Source: Nanobdellota archaeon
Lineage (GTDB): Archaea > Nanobdellota > Nanobdellia > Woesearchaeales > JAHWHD01
Length of the DNA: 10,928 nt
Direction: 5' to 3'
NCBI GenBank assembly: GCA_034722435.1
Contig: JAYENX010000040.1
Location: forward strand, 1-10,928
Shown here: piece after piece, positions 1 to 7,700 of the stretch
Layout: every line of letters starts with the position of its first letter
Numbering within the stretch: position 1 is the stretch's first letter
Notes under the pieces: generated by a model
Seen by the model: the letters and a program-made list of their open reading frames with translations, nothing else
Databases searched by the model: none
What the model was told of the DNA's origin: nothing
Made by a program: the position numbers and the translations under genes

Positions 1-671
1 TCTTCTTTTAAGATTATCCCTAGATGTAGTTTTCTAAGTATAACAAGTTCTGAAACTTTTATTCTAGGTCTTCTAAATGCTTCTTTCAGAAGGTCATGCA
101 TTGCTTTTATTCTATCACTTATTCCTTTAGTGACATATGCTTCAAAGTTATCTAAATCTTCTTTTTTAATAGGAAGGACAAACCCATCTACCCAAAAAAC
201 AATTGAATTTCCTTTTGCATGGAATTCTATTTTGCCATATTCTGTAATGAAAATATATTTGCGATTATTTCGCATCAGTGACATTTGAACGTGATATTTT
301 TTAGTCAGAATATATATTGCATTATCAAAATCGCTCCTTTTATCGATAAATTCACAGATACAATTTATTGAATGGGGTCTGACAAGAAGTGTTTTTTTGA
401 GAAATTCCCACCACCTGAGAAATGCTTTTATCTCATTTATTCTGCATAATTTAACTCTAATCACCTTTGCAACATATAATTGCACATCCTTACACCATCC
501 TAATCTTATAATGTCAGATTTAGCTTTAGAGAGAGTTGTCTTGTTTATTTTCAATTTTTTAACTAATTCTGATTGCAATACTCCTTCTGGTTGTTTAAGA
601 CAAGCATGCAATAATCTAAAGTGATGAATGGAGAAGCGTATAGGCAGGGTTTCTGGAAACAATTCAATCAT
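1..671 (-). CDS. N-terminal winged-HTH protein of unknown function, at least 223 aa, 3' end beyond the window edge (absent from the ORF track)
   Basis: Manual translation from ATG at 671 is open to position 1: MIELFPETLPIRFSIHHFRLLHACLKQPEGVLQSELVKKLKINKTTLSKAKSDIIRLGWCKD...LLVRPHSINCICEF...RKLHLGIILKE. The segment LQSELVKKLKINKTTLSKAKSDIIRLGW fits a MarR/ArsR-like HTH. GGAG lies upstream of the ATG, and the start overlaps the stop of the preceding ORF. Confidence 0.85.
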   Translation of the reverse strand, partial: MIELFPETLPIRFSIHHFRLLHACLKQPEGVLQSELVKKLKINKTTLSKAKSDIIRLGWCKDVQLYVAKVIRVKLCRINEIKAFLRWWEFLKKTLLVRPHSINCICEFIDKRSDFDNAIYILTKKYHVQMSLMRNNRKYIFITEYGKIEFHAKGNSIVFWVDGFVLPIKKEDLDNFEAYVTKGISDRIKAMHDLLKEAFRRPRIKVSELVILRKLHLGIILKE

Positions 672-801
672 TTTTAAGCTCCTTCCGAGATTCATCAATA
701 ATTTGTTGACCAAAATAAAAATCCCTAATCAGTCTTAGACCTTCTGGAATCTGTTGCTCCAGTTCCTTAGACAAAACATTCAAATCAGTTCTTGTTTCCA
801 T
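664..801 (-). CDS. Small 45-aa hypothetical protein (absent from the ORF track)
   Basis: METRTDLNVLSKELEQQIPEGLRLIRDFYFGQQIIDESRKELKND*. GAGGT lies 5 nt before the ATG. It overlaps the AbrB-like gene upstream and the wHTH gene downstream, exactly filling the gap. Confidence 0.7.
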   Translation of the reverse strand: METRTDLNVLSKELEQQIPEGLRLIRDFYFGQQIIDESRKELKND

Positions 802-949
802 TTTTACCTCTCAGAATTAAGTTACCTTGTTGATCAATGTCTATAATCACTGTGTCCCCCTTTCGGAAATTCTGTTGTTCGACCCAATATTTGGGTAAGC
901 AGATTAGTTTACTATAACTATATCCTATTAGTTTTCTTTTGATTACCAT
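785..949 (-). CDS. AbrB/MazE/SpoVT-family DNA-binding protein (54 aa)
   Basis: MVIKRKLIGYSYSKLICLPKYWVEQQNFRKGDTVIIDIDQQGNLILRG matches the swapped-hairpin pattern S..I.LPK.W......GD.V.I......L.L. ATG 949 is preferred over the track start at 1009 because a TATA box sits about 26 nt upstream. Confidence 0.8.
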   Translation of the reverse strand: MVIKRKLIGYSYSKLICLPKYWVEQQNFRKGDTVIIDIDQQGNLILRGKNGNKN

Positions 950-974
950 TGTAAGAAACAGAAAAGTTTTATTT

Positions 975-982
975 TTTATAAA
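975..982 (-). promoter_or_regulatory. Archaeal TATA box for a leaderless AbrB-operon transcript
   Basis: TTTATAAA ends 26 nt before ATG 949, which is archaeal promoter spacing. Confidence 0.55.
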
Positions 983-1075
983 TGGAGTAATATAAAGAAA
1001 CGAGAACAATATTACTTATAACAACACCAACACAATATTAGATATCTCCATAATACGTATTACCATACTAAGAAT

Positions 1076-1115
1076 GGAAAGATTAATATATTAATTGATA
1101 TTTTAGTATCAATTA
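1076..1115 (+). promoter_or_regulatory. BRE/TATA promoter of the wHTH gene with an overlapping inverted-repeat operator candidate
   Basis: GGAAAGA (1076-1082) is followed by TTAATATA (1083-1090), about 25 nt before ATG 1115. The 9-bp inverted repeat TAATTGATA (1092-1100) / TATCAATTA (1107-1115) covers the expected start site. Confidence 0.55.
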
Positions 1116-1777
1116 TGAAAGATTTCAAACCAAGATTTGTACCTCCAATTTTAATTAAAAGGGCGAATATTCCCAGTCTCCCAGCAGTATGTTTAATATA
1201 CAATTTAGCGAATTTTGAAGGTGGAAATGGTTGGAAAGATAGAAAACTGATAGCTAAGACGGATAAACAAATAAAATATGGATTCTTGAAATTTAGTCCA
1301 CAAAAATCTAATTTCTATAAATACTTAGAAGAATTGAAAGAAAAAGGGTTTATACAAAATAAAGAGGAACCATTTGAGGATAAAAGAAACAAAATTAGGC
1401 ATAAGAAGGAATATAGATTGAAAAAAAGAAATGGTCGTTTGTTATTAAGGATTATTGATTTATTCCACACTCTTAACTCACTGAAATTAAGAGGGGCGGA
1501 AAATTTGAATTTTCTTCTTGAATTTGAAAAAACTGACTATTACAGAGAAGATCCTTTTTTTACTCATAAAGCAATCAAAAAATGGTCTAATTTCCAAATT
1601 AAACAATTAGAAGTAGAGATTACAAATTACAAAGATCAATATAACAAAACTTGCGAAAAACTAGCCAACATTGTACCGCGCGGTACAAGAAGTGACAAAG
1701 AACTCGAAAAAGAAATTGAATCAATGTATATTGAACCAAAAAGAACAAAAAAACAAAGGAGGTTAAGTAAGAAATAA
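1115..1777 (+). CDS. Winged-HTH transcriptional regulator-like protein with coiled-coil and basic C-terminus (220 aa)
   Basis: KSNFYKYLEELKEKGFIQNKEEPFEDKRNKIRHKKEYRL resembles the recognition helix plus wing of PadR/MarR-like wHTH proteins. The gene is divergent from the AbrB operon. Confidence 0.7.
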   Translation: MKDFKPRFVPPILIKRANIPSLPAVCLIYNLANFEGGNGWKDRKLIAKTDKQIKYGFLKFSPQKSNFYKYLEELKEKGFIQNKEEPFEDKRNKIRHKKEYRLKKRNGRLLLRIIDLFHTLNSLKLRGAENLNFLLEFEKTDYYREDPFFTHKAIKKWSNFQIKQLEVEITNYKDQYNKTCEKLANIVPRGTRSDKELEKEIESMYIEPKRTKKQRRLSKK

Positions 1778-1785
1778 CTGGTGTT

Positions 1786-1876
1786 ACGCCATTATGTTCC
1801 CTCTCGGGGCGTTGGCGTTTATATTCAATATAATGTCCGGACAGCTCAGGACTCGATATTCAAACTCGAGTTCGGG
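1786..1876. repeat. GC-rich hairpin element, copy A
   Basis: Stem-loop acgcca-ttatgttcc-ctctc-ggggcgt-tggcgt (1786-1818), palindrome tgtccggaca (1834-1843) and inverted repeat actcga/tcgagt (1851-1871). Both arms and the aaactc..agttcg motif are shared with copy B. Confidence 0.6.
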
Positions 1877-1961
1877 TGTTGTACTATATTTCTAATTTAA
1901 ACCGAAATACATAGGACTTAAACCTTAAATTTAACAACCTAATGATACATTAAAATTTAAG

Positions 1962-3131
1962 TTAAGATTTGTTTTCCAATGATTCACTAAGTGAATATTT
2001 GTTTAGTATATGATATACTTTAGTAATATTTAAATCATCTTTTGAAGAACAATTATTAAATATTGCATTAACTCCTGAATTCATACCATTAAATTCTGTA
2101 AATATTCCTGCCGATTGCCCATCAAATATTGCATTAACTCCTGAATTCATACCATCAAATTTAGCCATTCCACCCGCAGAATAACCTCTAAATATTGCAT
2201 TAACTCCTGAATTAAGTCCAGTAAACCTAGTCAGTCCACCCGCAGCAGGACCCTCAAATTGAGTATTAACCCCTGAATTAGTTCCAGTAAATTTTGATTG
2301 CAAACCAGCTTCGATATCTCTAAATTGAGCACCAACTCCTGAGTTGGTTCCATTAAATTTTGATTGTGAACCTGCCCTATAACCATTGAATTGAGCATCA
2401 ACACCCGCTTTTTTCCCAATAAATTGTGCTTCATAACCTGATTCTCGTCCTTCAAATTTCGCATTAATTCCTGATCCATTTCCTTCGAATTTAGTACCTA
2501 AACCAGTCCTATGACCTTTGAATTGAACTCCAACACCTGCGTTTTTCCCTATAAATTGAGTTTCATAACCTGCACCAATTCCTTCAAAATTCGCATTAAT
2601 ACCTGCCCCATCTCCTTCAAATTTTATTCTTGAACCTGCAGTTTCACCCAAAAATATAGTATTTAAACCTGAATTATTGCCTTTAAAAATAGCATTAAAA
2701 CCTACAAATTTCCCTTTAAATTTAGCATTAGAACCTGCCTCTTCACCTTCAAATACGGCATTAGAACCTGCCTTTTCACCTTCAAATATAGTATTGGAGC
2801 CTGCGCCAGTTCCTTCAAATAATGCACCATGTCCGGCATGAGTACCCATAAAAGCCTGATCACTATCAATTGTAGTAATAAACGCACCAGCATAATTCCC
2901 TGAAAAATCCTTAACATTATTTCCTTTTGCGTGTAATAAACTTTGTGATAAACCATTAGAAATCTGTCCAGAATCACTTTCCATATTAATATATTGTTTT
3001 AATTCTTCATCCGATATGTCTAATAAATGTGCAGCTTTTTGCAAGAATCTTCTTCCTTTTTCTGAATTTTCATAATAATTATCAACTATATTTTGTAATC
3101 TTTTATCGATATTAATTTTTTCAGTTTTCAT
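1962..3131 (-). CDS. Tandem 11-residue Gly-rich repeat protein, predicted beta-solenoid (389 aa)
   Basis: Long ORF with GAGGTG four nt before the ATG. Residues 96-359 are 24 in-register repeats of G-x-x-[AS]-G-x-x-[ATS]-x-F-x. There is a helical N-terminal region and no signal peptide or TM segment is visible. Confidence 0.9.
   Translation of the reverse strand: MKTEKINIDKRLQNIVDNYYENSEKGRRFLQKAAHLLDISDEELKQYINMESDSGQISNGLSQSLLHAKGNNVKDFSGNYAGAFITTIDSDQAFMGTHAGHGALFEGTGAGSNTIFEGEKAGSNAVFEGEEAGSNAKFKGKFVGFNAIFKGNNSGLNTIFLGETAGSRIKFEGDGAGINANFEGIGAGYETQFIGKNAGVGVQFKGHRTGLGTKFEGNGSGINAKFEGRESGYEAQFIGKKAGVDAQFNGYRAGSQSKFNGTNSGVGAQFRDIEAGLQSKFTGTNSGVNTQFEGPAAGGLTRFTGLNSGVNAIFRGYSAGGMAKFDGMNSGVNAIFDGQSAGIFTEFNGMNSGVNAIFNNCSSKDDLNITKVYHILNKYSLSESLENKS
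2055..2846 (-). repeat. Coding tandem repeat, 24 x 33 bp
   Basis: Repeats run from GTHAGHGALFE to GMNSGVNAIFN. An exact 32-bp duplicate lies at 2058-2089 and 2124-2155, with a third 24-bp copy at 2190-2213 (66-bp period). Confidence 0.95.
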
Positions 3132-3172
3132 TTTTCACCTCTGCATCTATACAATATAGAGAAACTTACAAG

Positions 3173-3187
3173 TATTTAAATCTTGCG
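3173..3187 (-). promoter_or_regulatory. BRE+TATA promoter of the repeat-protein gene
   Basis: The minus strand reads CGCAAGA-TTTAAATA, ending about 42 nt upstream of ATG 3131. Confidence 0.6.
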
Positions 3188-3233
3188 GTTTTGTTACTAC
3201 TATCAAGAGACGGGGAATTAAAGTATTTAAAAA

Positions 3234-3247
3234 CCAAAATTTATAAA
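3234..3247 (+). promoter_or_regulatory. Possible BRE+TATA promoter with no downstream ORF
   Basis: CCAAAA-TTTATAAA points toward hairpin element B. The region is AT-rich, so this could be chance. Confidence 0.3.
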
Positions 3248-3286
3248 TACTAGTTTAACTATTATAACAATATAAGATTTAGTCTA

Positions 3287-3349
3287 CCCACGACGCTGAT
3301 ATGCTCGTAAGAGCCGGGCGCTGGCGTTAAACTCCAAGTTCGAGTCCGC
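3287..3349. repeat. GC-rich hairpin element, copy B
   Basis: cccac-gacgctgatatgctc-gtaa-gagccgggcgctggcgttaaactccaagttcga-gtccgc. It shares arms with copy A and termini plus the 3' half with copy C. Confidence 0.6.
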
Positions 3350-3429
3350 TCTAATCAACTGGAAATTCTTAGTAAAAAATTTTGTAGGCGTTAAAATAGT
3401 TTATAAACTGAAATGCTTATTTGTAAAGG

Positions 3430-3465
3430 CCCACTCCTGGACGTGAACTTCAGGTTTAGGTCCGC
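3430..3465. repeat. GC-rich hairpin element, copy C (short form)
   Basis: It has the same cccac...gtccgc ends as B. Positions 3437-3466 match 3321-3350 at 21/30 ungapped. It is flanked by tgtaaag at 3422-3428 and 3466-3472. Confidence 0.55.
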
Positions 3466-3482
3466 TGTAAAGAGATTTAATT

Positions 3483-3713
3483 TTATTCAATTGCTTTTTT
3501 AGCAATCCATTTCACAATTTTTAAAATTAAGAAGGCAACTACTACTAAAATAATGATGTTAACTAATAAACCCAACCAAGGATCAACTTCAGTAATATTT
3601 AACAGATTATATTTTGAACTTAATGGTAATAAAAAGTCTGCAACTTTGGATACTAAGACAGCAGTTATAACTGAAACTACAATTAAAAATTCGTCTTTTT
3701 GATCTAATCTCAT
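3483..3713 (-). CDS. Small two-TM membrane protein (about 76 aa)
   Basis: Two hydrophobic segments, FLIVVSVITAVLVSKVADFLLPL and WLGLLVNIIILVVVAFLILKIV, are followed by a basic tail. ATG 3713 has GGTG upstream; the track's TTG start at 3725 is an alternative. Confidence 0.7.
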   Translation of the reverse strand: MRLDQKDEFLIVVSVITAVLVSKVADFLLPLSSKYNLLNITEVDPWLGLLVNIIILVVVAFLILKIVKWIAKKAIE

Positions 3714-3725
3714 ATATAGCACCAA

Positions 3726-4103
3726 TTAACTTTTCTTGTAACCAAATTTTTTCTCATAATCTTTATGACTAAGCAAGTCAAGGATTAATGCAATGATTTC
3801 TACTTCGCTTCCTCTGATTGTGTAAATCATTCTCCAAGCACCAGACAGATTTAGTTTCCAGATGTTATTTACATCATACCTATTAATATAGTCTTTTGGA
3901 ATTTTGTTTTTGGCAAGATGGGTTCCAACTTGCGGATTGTCTTTAAGAAAATCTATTTTCGTTCGTATTGAATTGAACAAAATTTGATGATCTGTTCCTG
4001 TTACACCCTTTGCAATTTCTTCCCCAACAAGTTTATTTAACTTTTCAAACTCATCTTTTGCATCTCCTGTAATTTTTACTTTAATTGGTTTACCTTTAAA
4101 CAT
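3726..4103 (-). CDS. RelE/ParE-superfamily toxin-like protein (125 aa)
   Basis: It shows the RelE-fold pattern (I.FLKDNP..G....K...P.......NIWKLNLSGAWRMIYTI....IIALILDLLSHKDYE). It starts 1 nt after the stop of the upstream small DNA-binding gene. Confidence 0.75.
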   Translation of the reverse strand: MFKGKPIKVKITGDAKDEFEKLNKLVGEEIAKGVTGTDHQILFNSIRTKIDFLKDNPQVGTHLAKNKIPKDYINRYDVNNIWKLNLSGAWRMIYTIRGSEVEIIALILDLLSHKDYEKKFGYKKS

Positions 4104-4104
4104 T

Positions 4105-4374
4105 CTATAATTCCACCCCTTCCTGTATAGCTTTATCTAGCTTAGAGCTTGGATTGTATATCCACAAAATACCTTTCCTACCATCAATAATTTTCCCACC
4201 TTCCTCTAAGTACTCCAAAATGACGTTCAATGTTTGATGCATCACTTGTTTTGGTAATTTTGCTTTAAGCTCTTTCCTTGTCAGTAACTTATTTGCTTTT
4301 TTCAACGTTTCCTCTACCATTAACACAGTCTTTAGACTGGGATAATGGATTACCCTCTGGTTTGTCATTTTCAT
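4105..4374 (-). CDS. Winged-HTH protein, probable cognate antitoxin (89 aa)
   Basis: YPSLKTVLMVEETLKK...LTRKELKAKLPKQVMHQTLNVILEYLEEGGKI is wHTH-like. GGTGA precedes the ATG, and the gene is directly upstream of the RelE-like gene. Confidence 0.7.
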   Translation of the reverse strand: MKMTNQRVIHYPSLKTVLMVEETLKKANKLLTRKELKAKLPKQVMHQTLNVILEYLEEGGKIIDGRKGILWIYNPSSKLDKAIQEGVEL

Positions 4375-4515
4375 GTGAGATCACCGTCCGTACACCTTTT
4401 TCATAGGCTGAGCCTCGAAGATGTGTCACCTTATGATCTAAACACCTCAATTTTGTGTCTAAACCTCTTTTTTTGCAGATTTATATAAGTCTATATAATT
4501 AATAGTATAAACTCA

Positions 4516-4530
4516 TATATAAATATTTCG
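4516..4530 (-). promoter_or_regulatory. BRE+TATA promoter of the TA operon
   Basis: The minus strand reads CGAAATA-TTTATATA. An alternative TTATATAA lies at 4481-4488. Confidence 0.5.
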
Positions 4531-4716
4531 CGGAATGTCTTGAAACGAGAGTTTAAACAAATTATTAAATAGTTCCTGATCCAGTTCTTTTTAGCATGAC
4601 AAAAAACAAAGAGCCCTTGACAATATTGCTTATCAAAAGAAAAAATAAAAACTAAGTATTTAAGCTAGTACATTAGCGGTTTTTTATTTTAATTCTACAA
4701 TATAAAACACATAAGC

Positions 4717-4724
4717 TTTATAAA
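4717..4724 (+). promoter_or_regulatory. TATA box of the GHKL-transglutaminase operon
   Basis: TTTATAAA lies about 38 nt before ATG 4762, with GTGA just upstream of the ATG. Confidence 0.55.
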
Positions 4725-4761
4725 TAACTCTCAAGTTTAGTTACTTAATAGTGACTAAAAT

Positions 4762-7700
4762 ATGAATCTATACGAAGCTTTAAAGAATAGAGTTAAACAG
4801 AAGATTCCTGAATGGATTAGATTGGCAAATGTTGAAGGGCATGCGCAGATGCCGCGAATGATTGTTGTTGATGATGTTGAAGAAGCAGGCAGGTTAAGAC
4901 GTAGATATCCAGACACTTTAGTTGTTCATTCTCCAAAGATTTATGATGAGCATTCACGTTGGGAAGTGGACGATTCATTTAACTCTTCAAATGACCCTTT
5001 AGAAATAAGATTAAGCAATAACGATAAAATAAAAGGAATTCTAGTCGAACCTGAGTCAATGATGTTAGCCATGTCTAATCTTTACCAAGATTGGATGGAA
5101 CCTCCTAAAGATCTTAATCAAGTTGTAGATTCTTTAGAAAATAGTGTTGAGAAAGCTACTGTAAAACGGCAGAAAGGTATGGATGGTCTTCAAAAAGCTG
5201 CAATGAATCTTTCAGGTAAGAAAGATCCTCAAAAGATAAGGAGTTTGATTAATTGGATTTTGAAACATCAATTTGAGTTTCCTGAACATTTTATTAGAGA
5301 AGCAGTGCAGAATGCTGATGGTGCTTATGAAAATAAAAAAGAAAACCAAATTGATGTGTATATTGATACTGCTAATAGACAGGTAAGGATAGAAGATAAA
5401 GGGATGGCTATGACCTCCAAAACTATAGACGACAAATTCTTTAACATGTTTAAGTCAGAGAATGAACATCTTGATTTTGCAGCAGGTAAGTTTGGAATAG
5501 GGGCTGTAAGTTTCTTCGGGTTGGATCACGAAAGTGTTGAAATTGATAGTCTGACTGAAGCGGGAGAAGGTTCACGAGTTGTTGTAAATAGAAAACTTAT
5601 GAAAGGAGATTATCTTCCAAGTAACAGAACCGAACACGGTACAACTATAACGATAAATCTTGCAGAGCAGTCAGATATAGATTTTAATAAAGTTAAAGAA
5701 ATTCTTGAACAGGATTGTTGCTATATTGAAACTCCATTGTTCTTGCATATGGATGGCAATAGCAGAAGATTGAACAGAGAGTTATTTCCAGATGATGCAA
5801 TGACTTTCCAAGAAAATAATGCTCAAGGTTTTTTACAGAAATATGGTAATGGTGGAGAATTGCACCTTCTCGATCATAGGATTAGATTGAAGACATTACC
5901 AATTAAAGGTGCTAATGGCGTTGTAAACTGTGACGGGTTAAGCACCACGTTCTCTAGAGACAGTATCAAGGACGATGCGGTGTTCAAGAATCTGTGGAGT
6001 TTTATCAATCTAAAAAGAAAAGAACTGTATCAAAATGAAGCTGTTGATTATACAGGATTACCTATAGATGAAAGACTAAAAAGGTATAGTCATTTTGTTC
6101 AGGAGTCATTATTTGTTGAAGATGGAAAAGCTAACGAGGAATGGATACGTGATAATTTCTCAACATTAAAAGAAGGTAAAAGATTTCGTAAAGGTTTAAC
6201 ATGGAAGACCCATACAGACTTTAGCTTTCTTAATAAATGGGGTGCATTACCTGATTATGTGTTTAACACATTAAGAGGTTTAGTCAGTGCGCCATATAAA
6301 ATATTAAAAGCTTATATTGAAGAAGATAGGGATATTAAGATAGGGGGAATGGATATTGACCTTGGTTTTTTAGCAACTCCAAAACCTAAAGAGGAAGATA
6401 TTCAAACTATTGTTGATAATGAGTTAATATTAGAGAATCAGCTTGAGAACATTATTACTTTAAGGAACAGTGAGCGTAAGCATAAAATAAAGAATGCTTT
6501 AGACAGTATTACAAATCCATTACCTAGGTGGTATGAGTCTAAGGCTACTTATTTTCTGAATAATGCAGGATGGATTTTAAACCCCATTATAGGACTTGGA
6601 GGAACTATAGCAGGATTTTTATCCGGATTTCCTAAAGTGGGCATGGGAATAGCTGCCACAACTGTTGCGTACAGTATACCTGCGCTTGCGAGTAATGCTA
6701 AGAATATTGCGAAAGGTATGTACAGTGTGGGATATAATATTGTTCAGGCAGTTAGTCATTGGTTAAAAGAAAAAGTTCTTAATGAAGAGATTTCAAAAAG
6801 GTATAGCGAAGTTGCAGCTGGTTTTAAGAAGCCGAAAGAATCTGTAAAGTCGTATAAGAGAGTTAAGCCGGCAGTTGTTAAGAAATTAAATTTAAAACGT
6901 GCGTCATCAACAAGATCATATCCTGAGACTATGGATTGGAAGCACAGTTTAAGGTCTAGCACACGAGAAGATATCGCGAGCGTAATTAATTCGCACGTAG
7001 ATTTTTTAAAACCTGAATATAGTAAGTCTGAGACTTTTACTAATTTGAACGGTCCTACATGGGAATATGATACTGGAGAATTACAAGTAAGTAAAACTAC
7101 GCCATTACCTGAAGAAATTTCAAAAAAAGTAAATGATAAATCAAGTCTGGAACAAAAATTATGGGAAGTATTTAACCATATTAAAAAGTTTGAGTATGAT
7201 GCTGTTACATCAGAAGATGTTGCGAAACATGGCGGTATTTTAGAGGCGATTATTGGAGAGAAAAAAGCTAAATGCGATCAAGCAAATACGCTTGCAGCAC
7301 ATTATCTAAATCAATTAGGTGTTAAAAATATAAGGTATGCAAAGGGTGAATCGCACGGGGTTCCTCATGCCTGGCTAGAGGTAGAAATGAAAGGAGATTG
7401 GTATGTTGCAGATTATACACCAGACAATATAAATCCAGAACTTGAAGAAATGTTAAATTCTGGAACAATAATTCCATCCTGCGATTCAGGCAAGAACATA
7501 TTTGCAGGGTATAATAATGATAATATGAGTCTATGGAGAAAAATTAAGTTAGGCGCTAAAATGGCATATCATGGTGTGAAGAAACATGGCGTCTTAGGTT
7601 TTGGTGAAAAAGTTTTTAGATTGGATAAAAATATAAATCCAAGAAAGTTAGGTTATTTTGAAACTTTGGCTACATTGCCAATGAGAGTAGTAGGATTTCC

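Noticed and set aside
397-624. Track ORF, 75 aa, plus strand
   Set aside because: It is the antisense shadow of the much longer minus-strand wHTH gene (1-671) and has no recognisable motif.
950-1009. N-terminal extension of the AbrB-like ORF in the track
   Set aside because: It runs through the TATA box and AT-rich spacer. The AbrB fold begins at ATG 949.
1778-1800. Fluoride riboswitch-like string TGGTGTTACGCCAT
   Set aside because: It lacks the GGCGA 5' strand and downstream pseudoknot elements, and it sits 3' of a gene rather than upstream of one.
2055-2846. CRISPR array, or ice-nucleation/RTX repeat
   Set aside because: The repeats are in-frame coding units with no spacers. The period of 11 and the consensus differ from ice-nucleation protein (AGYGST, 8/16/48) and RTX (GGxGxD, 9).
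2231-2977. Alternate-frame ORFs 2231-2479 and 2702-2977 on the minus strand
   Set aside because: They are nested in the repeat gene. Stop-free frames arise from the 33-bp periodicity, and they have no ribosome-binding sites.
3253-3332. Canonical integron attC (GTTTAAC ... GTTAAAC)
   Set aside because: The core sites are complementary, but the adjacent L-box regions (tattataac vs gcgctggc) do not pair. No integrase is in the window.
3285-3360. Possible tRNA or tRNA remnant (contains GTTCGAGTCC)
   Set aside because: The T-stem does not pair (ccaag vs ccgct), and no acceptor stem or cloverleaf can be drawn.
4762-6100. Calling the large protein htpG/Hsp90, mutL, gyrB or a histidine kinase
   Set aside because: Only the GHKL core is shared. 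The membrane and transglutaminase architecture does not match these orthologs, and no phospho-acceptor His helix is seen, so no gene symbol is given.
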